Shown here: positions 1 to 20,090 of the stretch, one piece after another
Layout: each line of letters begins with the position of its first letter
How positions within the stretch are numbered: position 1 is the first letter of the stretch
NCBI RefSeq assembly: GCF_009914755.1
Contig: NC_060938.1
Length of the DNA: 64,000 bases
Strand: one strand, 5' to 3'
Source of the DNA: the human T2T-CHM13v2.0 reference genome, Homo sapiens
Notes under the pieces: model-generated
The model's database searches: none
The model's input: the letters and a program-made list of their open reading frames with translations, nothing else
Told to the model about the DNA's origin: nothing
Made by a program: the position numbers and the translations under genes

Positions 1-639
1 TCGAGGGCTCAGTCCCTAACCTGCCCCCCACCTTCAGGTGTCAACTGCAGGCTCCGTGTTTGATCTGTGCTTCTGACTGACTGGCAATAAATCGGGTCCC
101 ACAGCTCCCTCCTTGGGTTTGCTTACTTTGCTAGAGTGGCTCACAGAACTCAGGGAAACACTTAGGTTTACTGGTTTACTATAAAGGATATTACAAAGGA
201 TACAGATGAAGAGATGCATAGGATAACACCTATAGGAAGAGGTGTGGAGCTTCCAGACCCTCTCCAGGGTGAACCACCCTCCAGGAACATCCATGTGTTC
301 AGCAATCTGGAAGCTCTCCAAACCTTGTCCTTTGGGGTTTTTATAGAGACTTTATTATATAGACATGATTGATTAAACCATTGGCCATTGGTGATCAACT
401 CAGCCTTCAGCTCCTCTCCCCTCCCTGGAGGTTGCGGTGTGGGGCTTTAAGTCCCAACTCTCTAATCATGCCTTGGTCTTTCTGGTGACCAGCCCCATTC
501 TGAAACTACCTAGGGGCTGCCAGTCAACAGTCAACTCATTAACATACAAAAAGACATCACATTAGAGATTCTACAGATTTTAAGAGTTATACATCAGGAA
601 CCAGGGACAAAGACCAAATATGTATTTTACAATATCACA
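1..639. mobile_element. ERV LTR, MER21-like (truncated by window edge)
   Basis: MER21-type motifs (gagtggctcacagaactcagggaaacac; catgattgattaaaccattggccattggtgatc); ends TATCACA. Confidence 0.8.
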
Positions 640-1348
640 GGTGGTGAGATGCCTGAATTCTTAGTCCTCTTTGCAAAATACAATAAAACATAATAAATTA
701 TTCTCTTGTAAAAACTAGGAACAATTTTATTAGCAGTATATATGACCGTGTTTTCTGTATGATCTTAGTCAAGGCCCTTTTGCTTGCAAATATTAGGAAC
801 TCACCTGAATCAGCTCAAGACAAATTGTTGATTGTATTGTAAGGATACATACAGGGGTAGTTCATGGAACTGCAGAGCAGGAAGCAAATTTGAGACTCAC
901 AACAGTGCTAGGCCAGAAAGTGGAGAATCAGCAAGAATTGGCAGCCATTTTCTTGGGCTCTTGCCTTTGCTTCTCTCTTTCTTTTGCTTTTGACTTCTGC
1001 TTTCTGCTTCTTCTCATTCTTGGCTGCTGATCGCCACCCCTCAGCCCTGAGTTTTTGTCCCCTCAGTTGAAACAACTAACAATGACTGCCTACTGTTTCT
1101 TAATCCCAAGTTACATTCCTGAGAGAATCTGATTGGCCAAATATGGGGGTCAGGTGTTTATCCCTTGTCCACTGAGGTGCATCTTGGGGGCTTGGATCCA
1201 GCAGCACAAACATGGCTGCCACACGAAGTACTCAGGGAAGGGGAGTGGGAGATGAAACTCAAACCTTGTTTTCTATATTTTGTTCTACCTCTTACCGTAA
1301 ACCCTCCTTCCTATACACCCAGAAATGCCTCTGCCCAATAGAACCAGC

Positions 1349-1777
1349 TATCTTAGTTCATCCTGTGTTGCTATAACAGAACTGAGACTGGGTAATTTAT
1401 AAAGAAAAGAGGTTTCTTTAGTTTATAGTTTTGGAGGCTGGAAGTTCAAGGGCATGACCCTGGCTTCTGGCAAGGGCTTCTGTGGTGCATCTTAACATGG
1501 TGAAGGTCAAAGGGGAAGCAGACAGGCATGAACCCCAGGGGCATTCTGGCTTTATAACAACCCACTGTCAAGGGAACTGATCCATTCCCATGGAAACTAA
1601 TCCAGTCTCACCAAAGCGAGAACTCACTCAATGCCACAAGAATGACATCAAGCCATTCATGAGGGATCTGCCCCCTGTGACCCAAACACCTCCCTCTAGG
1701 CCCCACCTTCCACCACCACCACATTGGGGATCAAATTTCAGCATGAATTTTGGTGGGGACATATTCAAACCATAGCC
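1349..1777. mobile_element. MaLR solo LTR (MST family)
   Basis: tatcttagtt...gagactgggtaatttataaagaaaagagg...catattcaaaccatagc. Confidence 0.85.
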
Positions 1778-2654
1778 AAACAATAGCACCAGCCATCTCA
1801 TTGACTGCCACAAACTGTATTCCCCATCCCTGATGGGAGAATATTCAAAGTCCTGTTGAGCTGCAGCACGCAGAGGCTCACGCTCCCCAGATATGAATGC
1901 TCACCAGCTGCCATTTGTGGACTAAGCAATCAGATTAAACCATGCACAACACGCCCAGTATACAATACTGGAAGAAAAACAAGACAATGGCAATGAACCA
2001 TTCCTCTTTAGAAAAAGAAATAGGGTATAGGAACCCCCATGTATCTCTCATCCAGTTATTAGCCATTAGTAATGAGTATATAATGAGGGGCAGAGGAAGG
2101 GGAAATGGGACTGTTTAAATCCAGACCTGCTCAAACTAACATAAGCAAACAGGGAGAATTCATCACAAGGATCCAGGTCTCTCTCTCTCTCTCTCAGTGT
2201 TCCAGGGCAGAAACTTCCCTCCTGGGGCGGGGATGACTCTGTCTATCTCTAGGCCTGCATCTCATGCATCTGCCTCATGTGTCTGTCTATATGCTCCATG
2301 TGCCACACACTCACCTGTGGGTTCCTCATAGACTTTAAAATGTGAATTCAGAAAACCTGGATGTTCCCAAGTACCACGGGGGCCACACATCATTTCCAGT
2401 AACACATGGAAGACAGTGTATTTTATTAATGACTATTTCATTGGCATTTATTATTTATTTCCATTTTTGTTTATTTAAGTGGCACACAAAAATAGTCTGA
2501 TTTCTTGGCTCTCATTGCTTAGGGTGAAGTTAAGTTAAAGTTTTGAAGTGCTATAATTTATATAACAATATTAAGCACATGACCACCTAGGCTGAAGGTC
2601 AATGTGGTCACATCACAGAAAGTCCTTCTGGAGACCATGAAAACCCCATCTACG

Positions 2655-2858
2655 GCTGGGCATAGTGGCTCACGCCTGTAATCCCAGCACTTTGGGAGGC
2701 CGAGGTGGGCGGATCACCTGAGGTCAGCAGTTCGAGACCGGGAGTCCTGAGACCAGGAGTTATAACCCGGGAGGTGGAGGTTGCAGTGAGGCGAGATCAT
2801 GCCACTGCACTCCATCCTGGGCGACAGAGTGAGACTCGGTCTCCAAAAAAAAAAAAAG
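2655..2858 (+). mobile_element. Alu with central deletion
   Basis: Left-arm start joined to right-arm end, A tail. Confidence 0.9.
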
Positions 2859-2987
2859 AAAACACATTGCACTGGGGATGGAATTGTCCCCCTTAATTGA
2901 TTTCTCTCTCATTACCAAGGAGTACTAGGATTCTACTGCGAATCTTTAGAAAATAATTTTATATTTACCGTTGAAATTAAGGAACAA

Positions 2988-3299
2988 GGCCAGGCGCGGT
3001 GGCTCACGCCTGTAATCCCGGCACTTTGGGGGGGCCGAGGCAGGTGGATCATGAGATCAGGAGTTCAAGACCAGCCTGGCCAAGATGGTGAAACCCCATC
3101 TCTACTAAAAATACAAAAATTAGCCGGGCGTGATGGCAGGTGCCTGTATTCCCAGCTGCTTGGGAGGCTAAGGCAGAGAATTGCTTGAACCCAGGAGGCG
3201 GAGTTTGCAGTGAGCCGAGAGTGCGCCTGCACTCCAGCCTGGGTGGCAGAGTGAGACTCTGTCTCTATAAAAAAATTTTTAAAAATTAAAAAAAAAAAA
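2988..3299 (+). mobile_element. Alu (S-type)
   Basis: Dimeric Alu with A-rich tail. Confidence 0.95.
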
Positions 3300-3419
3300 T
3301 CACCTATTCAGAGTGACCACTTACGTTTTTGTGCGATTCTTCCCAAACACTGTGTGTATGGTTGTAACATAGTTGAGAAGAGATATTTTTAAATATGTTA
3401 GTCCACTCTGCTTTCTCAG

Positions 3420-3499
3420 TCAGTCGAGGTTTCTCAGCGCAGTTGAACTTTCACGTGAGGAATGTTCAGTACTGTGCATTGCCTCTGACATTGTTAGGA
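3420..3499 (+). pseudogene. Fossil exon A
   Basis: ctgctttctcag| ... |gtaacg; one open frame reads QSRFLSAVELSREECSVLCIASDIVR; true frame uncertain. Confidence 0.45.
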
Positions 3500-3634
3500 G
3501 TAACGGCTGGTGTAGAGGCTGTCAGACATGGAACTCTTCACCTTTATTCAAGATACCCCTTGGTGGCTTTGTCAATGTCCCAAATAAACTCTGCTGCATC
3601 TTGTTTCTTGTTAATGACCTCTTTTTCCTACAAG

Positions 3635-3715
3635 TTGAGTATATGAAAAATTCCAAGAGAAATAGAATGCTCATGGATTTGGCTCCAGGAGATTGAGGAT
3701 TGATTTATCCCTAGA
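3635..3715 (+). pseudogene. Fossil exon B
   Basis: ctctttttcctacaag| ... |gtgagt; 81 nt; *VYEKFQEK*NAHGFGSRRLRIDLSL. Confidence 0.6.
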
Positions 3716-4283
3716 GTGAGTTATTAGAAAGGTGTTTCTGGCTCAACAATTGGCTGTATATATAGCATCAAGTTTCCCATTTTGGACAACTAGGGAGAAA
3801 AGTGCTGATTGTTTAGGCAAATGTTGAGGACTCTAGATGGAAGTCATTGCAATTGCACAGCTAAGTAAACCCTGCGTAATTGAAGCAGCAAGCCAACAGC
3901 CGTGACAACCTGACCACACAGCAGATAAACAGACAGACAATAGGTGGGTGAGGTGTTTACAGAATTCTTCACGAGGATCTGGGACCTCTGCTCAAGGGGG
4001 AGGGTCCCAAAGCCACATCCTTTCTCATACCAAACCAACATAATTTTTCCTTCCAGGGGAGGTAAAAAGCAGGGCAGACTGTCCCAAATTTGTGCTTATT
4101 TGGTTTTGACATACACACAAAACTCACATCTCCTTCCCTGATGGAGACTAAGAACCCAACTAACCATGCAGCTCTGGACTCTTCTGAAGCTGCTGTTCTG
4201 TTTGCACATTACCTAAGGCTCAGCTTGCTCCTGCCCTTCCCATCGCAAGCCAATATTAAATTAATTTGTATGTTCTGTGTTAG

Positions 4284-4382
4284 GAAGTACCGAGGGGCCA
4301 GAATAAAGTTTTTTGGAGTCGATCCCACTTTGGAGTTAATAGCATAGATAATCTACACTTGGATAATTAGGGTTTGGCCAGA
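4284..4382 (+). pseudogene. Fossil exon C
   Basis: tgttctgtgttag| ... |gtaaaa; 99 nt; KYRGARIKFFGVDPTLELIA*IIYTWIIRVWP; in phase with B and D. Confidence 0.6.
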
Positions 4383-4478
4383 GTAAAAAATAACTCAATG
4401 AAACTAAAAATATCTTCATTTAAGAACCTTGATGTAAACACGTGAGTCCATGTTTCCACCCAAGAAACTCTATAATAG

Positions 4479-4683
4479 GTGCCGTGGCTGCATTTTGGTG
4501 ACCTATTTATCACTGGCCAAGTCTCAAACCTCAGCAATGCTGGCCCTAATGACATCTAAACTGGAAGCTGATTCTGCATGAAATTACGTTCAACAAGCTA
4601 CTTTTTGGCTGGTACTGGTGACCTCGGGGATATAAGGCCTACTTCTGTTTGCTGGAGAGAACATTGCCTACCTAATAGAAGAG
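4479..4683 (+). pseudogene. Fossil exon D (frameshifted)
   Basis: Weak acceptor tataatag|; CRGCILVTYLSLAK / HLNWKLILHE / RGYKAYF / ENIAYLIEE across frameshifts; inferred mutated donor GAAGGC. Confidence 0.6.
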
Positions 4684-4884
4684 GAAGGCCTAATCAGTCC
4701 CAAGGATGTTAGGGAGGCCGCAAAGTGTGAAGCAGTGGATTGAACAAAGGAAAGCAGTAATTTCATCAGATTAGTAGTGGCTATTTTTATAACTTTGATT
4801 TGTCCATGTGAAACAGAGGAATGACTTCGAAAAATAGTCTGAAGACCTGCAACTTTTAAAATTGCATTTGAATCTCAGCACTAG

Positions 4885-5185
<301 letters not shown>

Positions 5186-5436
5186 AGCACGAGATATTTG
5201 AGTCAAGCAGATGCTTCCACGTGCTTTGCAACTAAGGAGGTTGCAGTATATGATGGAATTATGTCATTCGAGGTACTTCAATCCCCTGTTCAGTTTCTCA
5301 GTCTGTAACATGGGCTGATAATAATCACACCTCAGAGTTGTTCTGAGGAGTAGACCAGGTGACGTAGGCAGGGTGTTTGGAACCATGTCTGCTTCACAGT
5401 GAGCACAAAATACTCACTGTTGCCCTTGTTGTTCAG

Positions 5437-5586
5437 TCTCTCTCTGAAATCGCTTCTGGCACCAAATGGGCAGGAGATTTGATTTCTCTGAAATCTTGAT
5501 CTGAAGTCCCAGCACGTCTCCACTCATATCTTGTCCCGGACCAGAGTGTTGTCCTCGTATGGCAAAACCAATACTTAGACGAGGGG
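5437..5586 (+). pseudogene. Fossil exon E
   Basis: cccttgttgttcag|; 150 nt; SLSEIASGTKWAGDLISLKS*SEVPARLHSYLVPDQSVVLVWQNQYLDEG; donor GCAGGG inferred. Confidence 0.6.
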
Positions 5587-5706
5587 GCAGGGGCATCACA
5601 TTCAGAAATTCTCCCATGGGGTGCAACGCAGGAGAGGGATACAAGACTACAAATTGGGTTCAGGGTATGCTGCTCTGGTGATGGGTGCACCAAAATCTCA
5701 CCAGTT

Positions 5707-6383
<677 letters not shown>

Positions 6384-6420
6384 TAAAAAGAAATCCCCCC
6401 ATTGAAATGGACTCCTTCAG

Positions 6421-6480
6421 ATCTATACGGGCTCCAGGAATTCCCTTTAAGGCAGAATGTACAGCTGTGATGTAGAGCTG
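6421..6480 (+). pseudogene. Fossil exon F
   Basis: actccttcag| 60 nt |gtaaca; IYTGSRNSL*GRMYSCDVEL; frame not certain. Confidence 0.55.
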
Positions 6481-6904
6481 GTAACAACACCAGCCAGCAT
6501 ACAGAAAGCTCACTGGCTGCAGATTCAGTTCATAACTCTCCCATCAACTATAGTATCTTCATTAATTGATGTAAAATTGAAGCTTAGAAGAATCAAGTAA
6601 GAATCTTGCCTGTGCTGCAATGCTGGGTGGCAAAGGCAGGATTTGATCCCAGATGATTGGACTCTAGCACCCATCATCTCAATCCCTACCCTATGCAGCC
6701 ACCTTCAGGATGTTGTCTTCTCTCCTGTTGCCTTCCTGGTTATTGGGAGTCAATGACACGGAGAGTAGAGTCTCTCCCATGACCCCCTATGAAATTCCTC
6801 CCATTATTCCTCATAGCCTTTGGGAAGTGCTTTTCCGCAGAGCTTCTCAGTCAGTATGGCTGTGCTGTCTCAGATGTTAACACTGACTTTCTGTCTCCCT
6901 GTGG

Positions 6905-7689
6905 GTTGCTGTCTTCCAGTTGAGTTGCCAAGCTTTCATCTGAGATATTAGACATTAGATTTGGGGGAATTTTAGTTCTGTTAACATTCTGGGATTTTTT
7001 TCCTCCAACTTTTATTTTAGATACAGGAGGTACATGTGCAGGTTTGTTACATGGGTGTATTGTACTCAGGTAATAAGCATTATACCCAGTAGGTAGTTTT
7101 TCAACCCATGCCTCCCTCCATCCCTGCTCTAGTAGTCTGCAGTATCTGTTATTCCCATGTTTATGTCTGTGGACGCTCAATGTTTAGCTCCCACTTATAA
7201 GTGAGAACATGCAGTATTTGGCTTTCTGTTCCTGTGTTATACACTTAGGATTATGACTGCCAGCTCCATCCACATTGCTGCAAAGGACATAATTTTGTCC
7301 TTTTTTAAGGCTGCATAATATTCCATGTTGTATATGTATAATACCACATTGTCTTAATCCAATCCACTGTTGATGGGCACCTAGGTTGATTCTATGTCTT
7401 TGTTATTGTGACTAGCAAGGTGAGGAACATACCAGTGCATTTATATCTTTTGAAAAATGATCTGTTTTCCTTTGATATATACCTAGGAATAGGATTTCTG
7501 GATCAAACGGTAACTCTAAGTTCTTTGAGAAATCTCCAAACTGCTTTCCACAGTGGCCAAAATTACTTACATTCCCACCAATAGTGTACAAGTGTTCCCG
7601 TTTCTCTGCAGCCTCGCCAGCATCTGTGGGATTTTAAGGGCAATCTGAGTTATTTTATCTAGGACCTTTTCCCATGAAAAATAATGCAG
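6905..7689 (+). pseudogene. Fossil exon G, split by an L1 insertion
   Basis: Starts at 6905 (mutated acceptor) or 6920 (intact ttccag, same frame). Removing the L1 and one TSD gives LSCQAFI*DIRH*IWGNFSSVNILGF*GQSELFYLGPFPMKNNA|gtattt, in phase with exon H. Confidence 0.65.
6999..7626 (-). mobile_element. 5'-truncated L1 (old L1PA/L1PB-like 3' end)
   Basis: T tract then gtacatgtgcaggtttgttacatggg...ttagctcccacttataagtgagaacatg; TSD TGGGATTTT at 6990-6998 and 7627-7635. Confidence 0.92.
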
Positions 7690-7756
7690 GTATTTTTGGA
7701 GATTCAAACACACATAAAACTAGGGCATCCTGTCCACCCCAGGGAGACAGACAGGT

Positions 7757-8102
<346 letters not shown>

Positions 8103-8782
8103 TAAGTGTATCTCCTACCTCTAAAGACTTTGCCCTTTCAGCTTCCATTCTCAGCAGCTCAGTGAGACATGGGCCATACCCAGATGTATAAGATCAGTCT
8201 CTAGGCTTCCTGAAGACCCTGTCTTTCCTCTTCACATTCCTGTTGGGCAGGAGTCAACTTCTCTTGTCTCTTTTTCTCTCCTGATCTTACCCTTTTCTGA
8301 AAACTCACTCATCTCGCTCCTCTACTCAATTTTCCTTTGACATGAATTTTTCTCTTCTCAGCCGAGCCTCCTAATCTTGTTCTTCCTCAAGGACACCTTG
8401 GAATAAAAGCCTGGCATGTCCCTGAGTGCCTCCTCCTCCTGTGAATGCCTTTTGGCCCCTCCCTGCATTCTTGTTGGGTGTCAGGAACTGCGTGGTTTCT
8501 GGGCCTTCTCTCCAGACCCCTTTTCCCCTCCTAAAACAGTAACATCTTTGAAATCTATGATCATATAGGCCATTCTTTGATGAGTTTCTGGAAACCTCAC
8601 TGAGAACACATTGTCTGGAGACCATTTTCTCTCTTGGCACAGCAGCACCCAGAAGGCAATAAGACACCTTGTCCCTGTCACACATACATTCCTATCTTTG
8701 GGGACTCTTGGGATTTGCTTGATAATAGTATCTTTTTTATGTCTTTGAAGGCTTTGTGTGATCACTTGATGAATCCTGCCAG

Positions 8783-8845
8783 AATTGTCTCACAAAGGTG
8801 ATGTGCATTCTGTTTCTTTCCTGGGCCACATATCCTCCTGGGATG
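8783..8845 (+). pseudogene. Fossil exon H
   Basis: tcctgccag| 63 nt |gtcaga; (E)LSHKGDVHSVSFLGHISSWD, open. Confidence 0.5.
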
Positions 8846-8945
8846 GTCAGATTAAGCCCAAGGGAGACACCATCCTACCCAGGTTGGGCAAGGAAGGTGG
8901 AAGAGTCTCGGGGGTCCCTTTCCATATGAGGTGTCACTGTCTTGA

Positions 8946-9320
<375 letters not shown>

Positions 9321-9959
9321 TAAATAGGGTGAGGTTGGGTCCATCCATCCATCCAAGGCATTCAGCAGCACCGTGTCTCTCATTCACGCTGGTCTCCTGT
9401 CTCCTGATTGTCCAAGCTTGTTTCTGCTTTAGGCCCTTTTCTTCTCTCAGCCCTTTTTTCTCTCAGCTTTTTATAAAACTGGGTCCCCATCTTCAGCCTC
9501 ACCTGAAGACATGAGATCTTCTCTCACCCACTTGGTGAAGTAGTCCTCACCTCATTTATTCCCTCTAGAGTCCTCGCCTGAAATCACAGATGTTAGAGGA
9601 AAAAGGGGTCCCTTGACTTTAATATACAGGATAAATCAAGTGACAGAACAACCAACGTTGGAGCAACCCAAGTTTTTATACAGTTGATGGGGACATTCTG
9701 TGTATGGAAACTAAGTACCACCAACCCTGTGGCCCTGGATTGTGGTCGTTGAGGGTACTAGGGTACTCATGGGTTAGAGTCCCAAGCTTTGAGTCTTTAA
9801 CTACAAAATCCATTGTCTCCCCAAATCAAGGAAGTTGTTTTTTTTTTTCCTTTTGGCCATTTTTCTTGAAGGCCCTTGAATCCAACTCTAAACAGACAAG
9901 GACAGGCAGCAATTTGTGTCCAAAGAGAGCCAGGCACAAGGGATCTGTTTATTTTATAG

Positions 9960-10038
9960 CTGTAATTTCTGCATACGAAAGAAAAGGTCCTAGGTTAAAA
10001 ATAATAATAACAGTCCGACAAAGGTTTTGTGCTTCCTA
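9960..10038 (+). pseudogene. Fossil exon I
   Basis: tgtttattttatag| 79 nt |gtaaga; (A)VISAYERKGPRLKIIITVRQRFCAS, open and in phase with H and J. Confidence 0.6.
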
Positions 10039-10458
10039 GTAAGACGGCATGATGTTCCAAATCATTGTCCAGGCCTTGGCAAAAGCAGGGGCATAGAAGG
10101 AGGTTTTCTGTGGAGACAAGGAGCCCTCCAGAGACTTGGGCAGGCTGAGCCGGCAGTGCTGGTGGCAGGAGGCCAAGTCCTGGTTGGGTCTGAATTCATG
10201 GCTGTCTGGTTCTTCTGAAACTAGTTATCCCTGTGACCTTGGGCATTCCATCTCCCTGGGTTTCAAGGCCTTTGAAAAATGAGGTGATTCAATCAGAATA
10301 GTTCTGCTCAACTCCTATAATACCTGCTAACTCCCTTTTTATGTCAAAAATAATTTAGGAGCTCGGTGCCATAAGGCCTCACAGTAAACACAGAACTTCT
10401 GAAGAGATCTCATTTTGACATACTCTACCATCTGAAATGTTTTGCACATCACATACTA

Positions 10459-11670
<1,212 letters not shown>

Positions 11671-11794
11671 ATATATATATACATGTTGAGCCTTCCCTCA
11701 ACTTATAGGGCAGTTGCCTGCCTGGAAATTTCAGTAAACATTACGATTGTGCAAAAGTAAAGAGTGTGTTTATTTGTAAAACAAGAATTAGGTT

Positions 11795-13493
<1,699 letters not shown>

Positions 13494-13550
13494 AAGAATT
13501 AGGTTCTAGGCTCAGATAAATGCAGACATGTATACATAAATATCCAGTGA

Positions 13551-14193
<643 letters not shown>

Positions 14194-14329
14194 CAGGATG
14201 TTTATTTAATGTGCTGGACATGTAACAGCCCTACCCCCTCCACACTAAATGCCGATCATTGTGACAGCCAAACTACCTGCCCAACTCAAATTTCCTGAAT
14301 GCCCTGTAGGGGCAGCGTTGCCCCTGTTG

Positions 14330-15325
<996 letters not shown>

Positions 15326-15717
15326 AACTTCATTTCTAGACATCTCCAGATCTTGCGGATCTTTGCAAAACAAAGCTCTAGTTCTCCGTCCAAATCTCAG
15401 ATTCTGTGCAAGTCAAGAAACTGCTCTGGGGTGTCAGATAGAGGATGGAGAGTTGGCCACCCACTGAGGTTCTGGAAATTTTCTATTTCTTGACTGGGTA
15501 TTAGTTACAAAGATGCTCAAGCCACTTATACATTTATTCACTTTTTTCCCCGAATGTGTTACATTTCACACATACACAGAGAAGAGGACCTCTCCTTATT
15601 GGCTCTAGGAGATGTGGTTGATTAGCTCAGGGAAAGAATGAGGGGAATTGTTAGTTGTTACTCAAGCCCAATTATTTCCCAGCTGTGCCCTTTTTCTGTG
15701 AATTTCATTGATTCTAG

Positions 15718-15817
15718 TCTGGCAGTGGGAGAGGACAGTATGGAAGACAGTGAAATGTTCGCTTTTGTTGTCCTGAGACCAAGCAGAAAGATGTTGACCT
15801 GCACTTCTTTGGAGAAG
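15718..15817 (+). pseudogene. Fossil exon J
   Basis: ttcattgattctag| 100 nt |gttatt; (Y)LAVGEDSMEDSEMFAFVVLRPSRKMLTCTSLEK, open. Confidence 0.55.
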
Positions 15818-15942
15818 GTTATTTGGGGCATCTGGAGAAGGGGCTGAGCCCTTTCATCTCTAGATGCAGAATGTCCCTCTCTGTGACAACACTGCCCCAG
15901 ATGGCTTGGCCACAACAATAAAGCCACTTTCCCTCTGTGCAG

Positions 15943-16011
15943 GCAGTTGCTTACTATAGAGTATTACAGCTAAACCTTCTCTTGTGACTGTTTTTTACCT
16001 AAATAAATAAG
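15943..16011 (+). pseudogene. Fossil exon K
   Basis: ctttccctctgtgcag| 69 nt |gtgact; AVAYYRVLQLNLLL*LFFT*INK. Confidence 0.55.
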
Positions 16012-16354
16012 GTGACTGATTTCTTCAGGTGAATCAACTTCTCTAGTAATATTCTGGCCCCACCTCTTCCACGCATCCCTCACAGGTGGGTCACTGGGCC
16101 ACACTCCAGGCTCTTAAGAGAGAATCCACTCCTCCCGGGGAGTCTAAGGATCCTAGGCTAGTCGTTCAGCAGAAAATCAACCTTGGGGCTGGCCCCACCC
16201 TGACCTTATATCCCAATTCTGGGAGCTGGGACGTCTTCTCTTAGATCAAGGCTCTGCCTTAGCACCATGTCTGGTCCCTGTGTCTTTGCCTGGAATTCAG
16301 CCAAACATCCTGCTCTGCTCGTTCTCCTTGGCCCTTCTTACCTTTTTCTCACAT

Positions 16355-16407
16355 TCCTGCACCGTCCTGCGTATCTCTAGCGATGCCATTTACATTGTGT
16401 TCCGTGG
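16355..16407 (+). pseudogene. Fossil exon L
   Basis: Long pyrimidine tract ending cacat (inferred CAG>CAT); SCTVLRISSDAIYIVFR(G); strong donor gtaagg. Confidence 0.5.
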
Positions 16408-16539
16408 GTAAGGCGGTGCTGCTGACATGCAGGGACTCCCACCCACCAAGGGAAGCTTTTAAAAAGTTTTTTTAAATGAAGCAGATCATTTCACTCACTT
16501 GACTCATCATCTATTCTTGCTCTGCTGGTTCATGTGTGA

Positions 16540-18230
<1,691 letters not shown>

Positions 18231-18512
18231 AAGTATGGTGGGGTCAAAATGCCCTAGACCAAAGAAAAAGCAAACTCAAATTTTCGTTGCAGCTCTTCCT
18301 TGAGTACCTTGGCTCACTTCCCAGTGGATCCCCTTAGCTGTGCCAATTTATTTCCAATTTCTATCTAGAGCATCATAGTTGTTGCTGCCCTTCGTGGACT
18401 TGTGTGTACTTCAAGCCATCTGCCCCTCCCCACGTATCTATACTTAGGCTCCAGACAGCTTCCTGTTGTTTCTCTCTGCACCCAGACCCCCTTGGACTTC
18501 TCTGGGTGTAGA

Positions 18513-18690
18513 CCAGGGCGCTCAAACTTGGCTGCACATTGGAATCACCTGAGGAGCTTTAACAACTACTGACATCTCGTTGACACCCGCAGAGATTCTG
18601 ATTTAAGTGGTCTGGGGCATGACCTCGGCTTCGGGATTTTAAAACCTCTGCAGGTGATTCTAAGGGGCAGCCAAGTTTGAGAAAATGGTG
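18513..18690. mobile_element. MER5A-like DNA transposon
   Basis: ctcaaacttggctgcacattggaatcacct...cagccaagtttgaga. Confidence 0.8.
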
Positions 18691-19140
18691 TCAACCTAAC
18701 TAGAAATTCCTTCGTTCCTGGGAAAGCCCGGTTAAGCCTGGCCTTAATTACAGCAGACCTTCCCCATTCTCAGGACCACGGAGGTCACCTGCGTTCTAAG
18801 GTAGATGCTTGCACATGTATATTGCTCCCAATCTTTTTTCATGTATGTTAATTACAGCCTCTGGGCAGGGATTTTGTTCCATGCATCTTTGTGTCTCCAC
18901 CACCAGGAGGTGTACGCTCCTGATTCTCCGGGTGTTCCTGTGCATCATCCTTGAGAGTGAGACCTAGGTTGTTGGTTTCTCTCCTGGAAAGAGATGGCAG
19001 TGGCTGTCCTGAGGCATTTCATTGCTAGTTGAGCATTGCCAGTGCTCACCAGGTAGCAGCCTCGCAGTGTGGGTTTCCCCTTCTGCTAGGTGGCCCCTCT
19101 TTCTGCATGCAGGTGCAGGTTCACCTCACTTTCTTTGCAG

Positions 19141-19321
19141 AGCAGAGACTTTGGAGTGCCCTCCAACTGCGGCCTGGGCAAAACCAGCTCTCTTGTTTGC
19201 ATTTAAATCCAAAGTCCGATCCAAATCACTTCTACCAACCCAATGCAGATTCTGGCAACCAGGAGGAATTGCACCTTCAAAATTTTGGGACTGGGACCTG
19301 GTCTCATTTCAGCTCCTGATT
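19141..19321 (+). pseudogene. Fossil exon M
   Basis: ctcactttctttgcag| 181 nt |gtaaat; all three frames have 0-1 stops, so the frame is unresolved. Confidence 0.5.
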
Positions 19322-19399
19322 GTAAATGGTCCCAAACACAGAGAGGACTTTTGGGGTTTCGTTGTTTTGGGGTTTTGTTGGTTGGTTTGTTTATAACAG

Positions 19400-20090
19400 C
19401 AGTAGTTGGACCCTACCCCAGAGCGACTGAGTGTGAATCTCTGAAGGGTAATTACTGGGGATCTGAGTGGTAAACGTTCCTCACATGATTCTGGAAGAGC
19501 CAGCCCGCTCCTGCTGGTCACTGGGCTCCACTGGGAACTGCATCACCACAAAGCACCAAGGGCCCTAATTCAGAACCGGGGGATCCCCAAGAAAAATCTC
19601 CTGTGAAACTTACAAAGAAGTCCTGCCCAAGCCTCATCCTGGAGAGTTGGAGTCAGAAGGTTCCAGGTGGTGCTGAACATCTTCTTGTGTTTTATAAACT
19701 CCACATTCAATTCAGATGTCTGACCCAGGGGCCCTTTCTGTAAAGGGCCAGCCAGCAAATATTTCAGGCTTGCCGACTATATGGTCTCTGTTGCAACTGC
19801 TCAACTTTGCGACTGTAGCCTGAAAGCAGCCATGAGTTTACATAAATGAACATGGATGGGTGGGTTCCAATAACGTGTTATTAAAAAAAAGAAAAAAAAC
19901 AGGCAACAGGCCGATCTAGGTTGTGGGCCATGGTTTGTCCACCCTGAAAAACCACCTGGGGAGCTATAATGTGTTCTTTTATGCCCAGGCAATTAAATCA
20001 GAATCTCTGTGGGTGGTGCCCAGGCATTGGTATTTATTAAAAGCTCTTCAGGTGATTTTCAATCAGCCAGGATTAAGAACCACTGCTGTA
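19400..20090. mobile_element. Cluster of MER5 fragments and a MER58A-like element (~19725-19945)
   Basis: ttctgtaaagggcca...tggtctctgttgcaactgctcaact MER58 motifs; MER5 motifs. Confidence 0.7.

Noticed and set aside
3543-3630. Minus-strand EF-hand-like peptide EKEVINKKQDAAEFIWDIDKATKGYLE
   Set aside because: It lies in the intron between + strand exons A and B and has no partner exons; probably chance.
3373-3696. 107-aa ORF as an intact gene
   Set aside because: It has a non-ATG start and is better explained as exons A and B plus an in-frame intron.
16355-16407. Class-3 lipase-like motif IYIVFRG
   Set aside because: No GxSxG nucleophile motif was found downstream.
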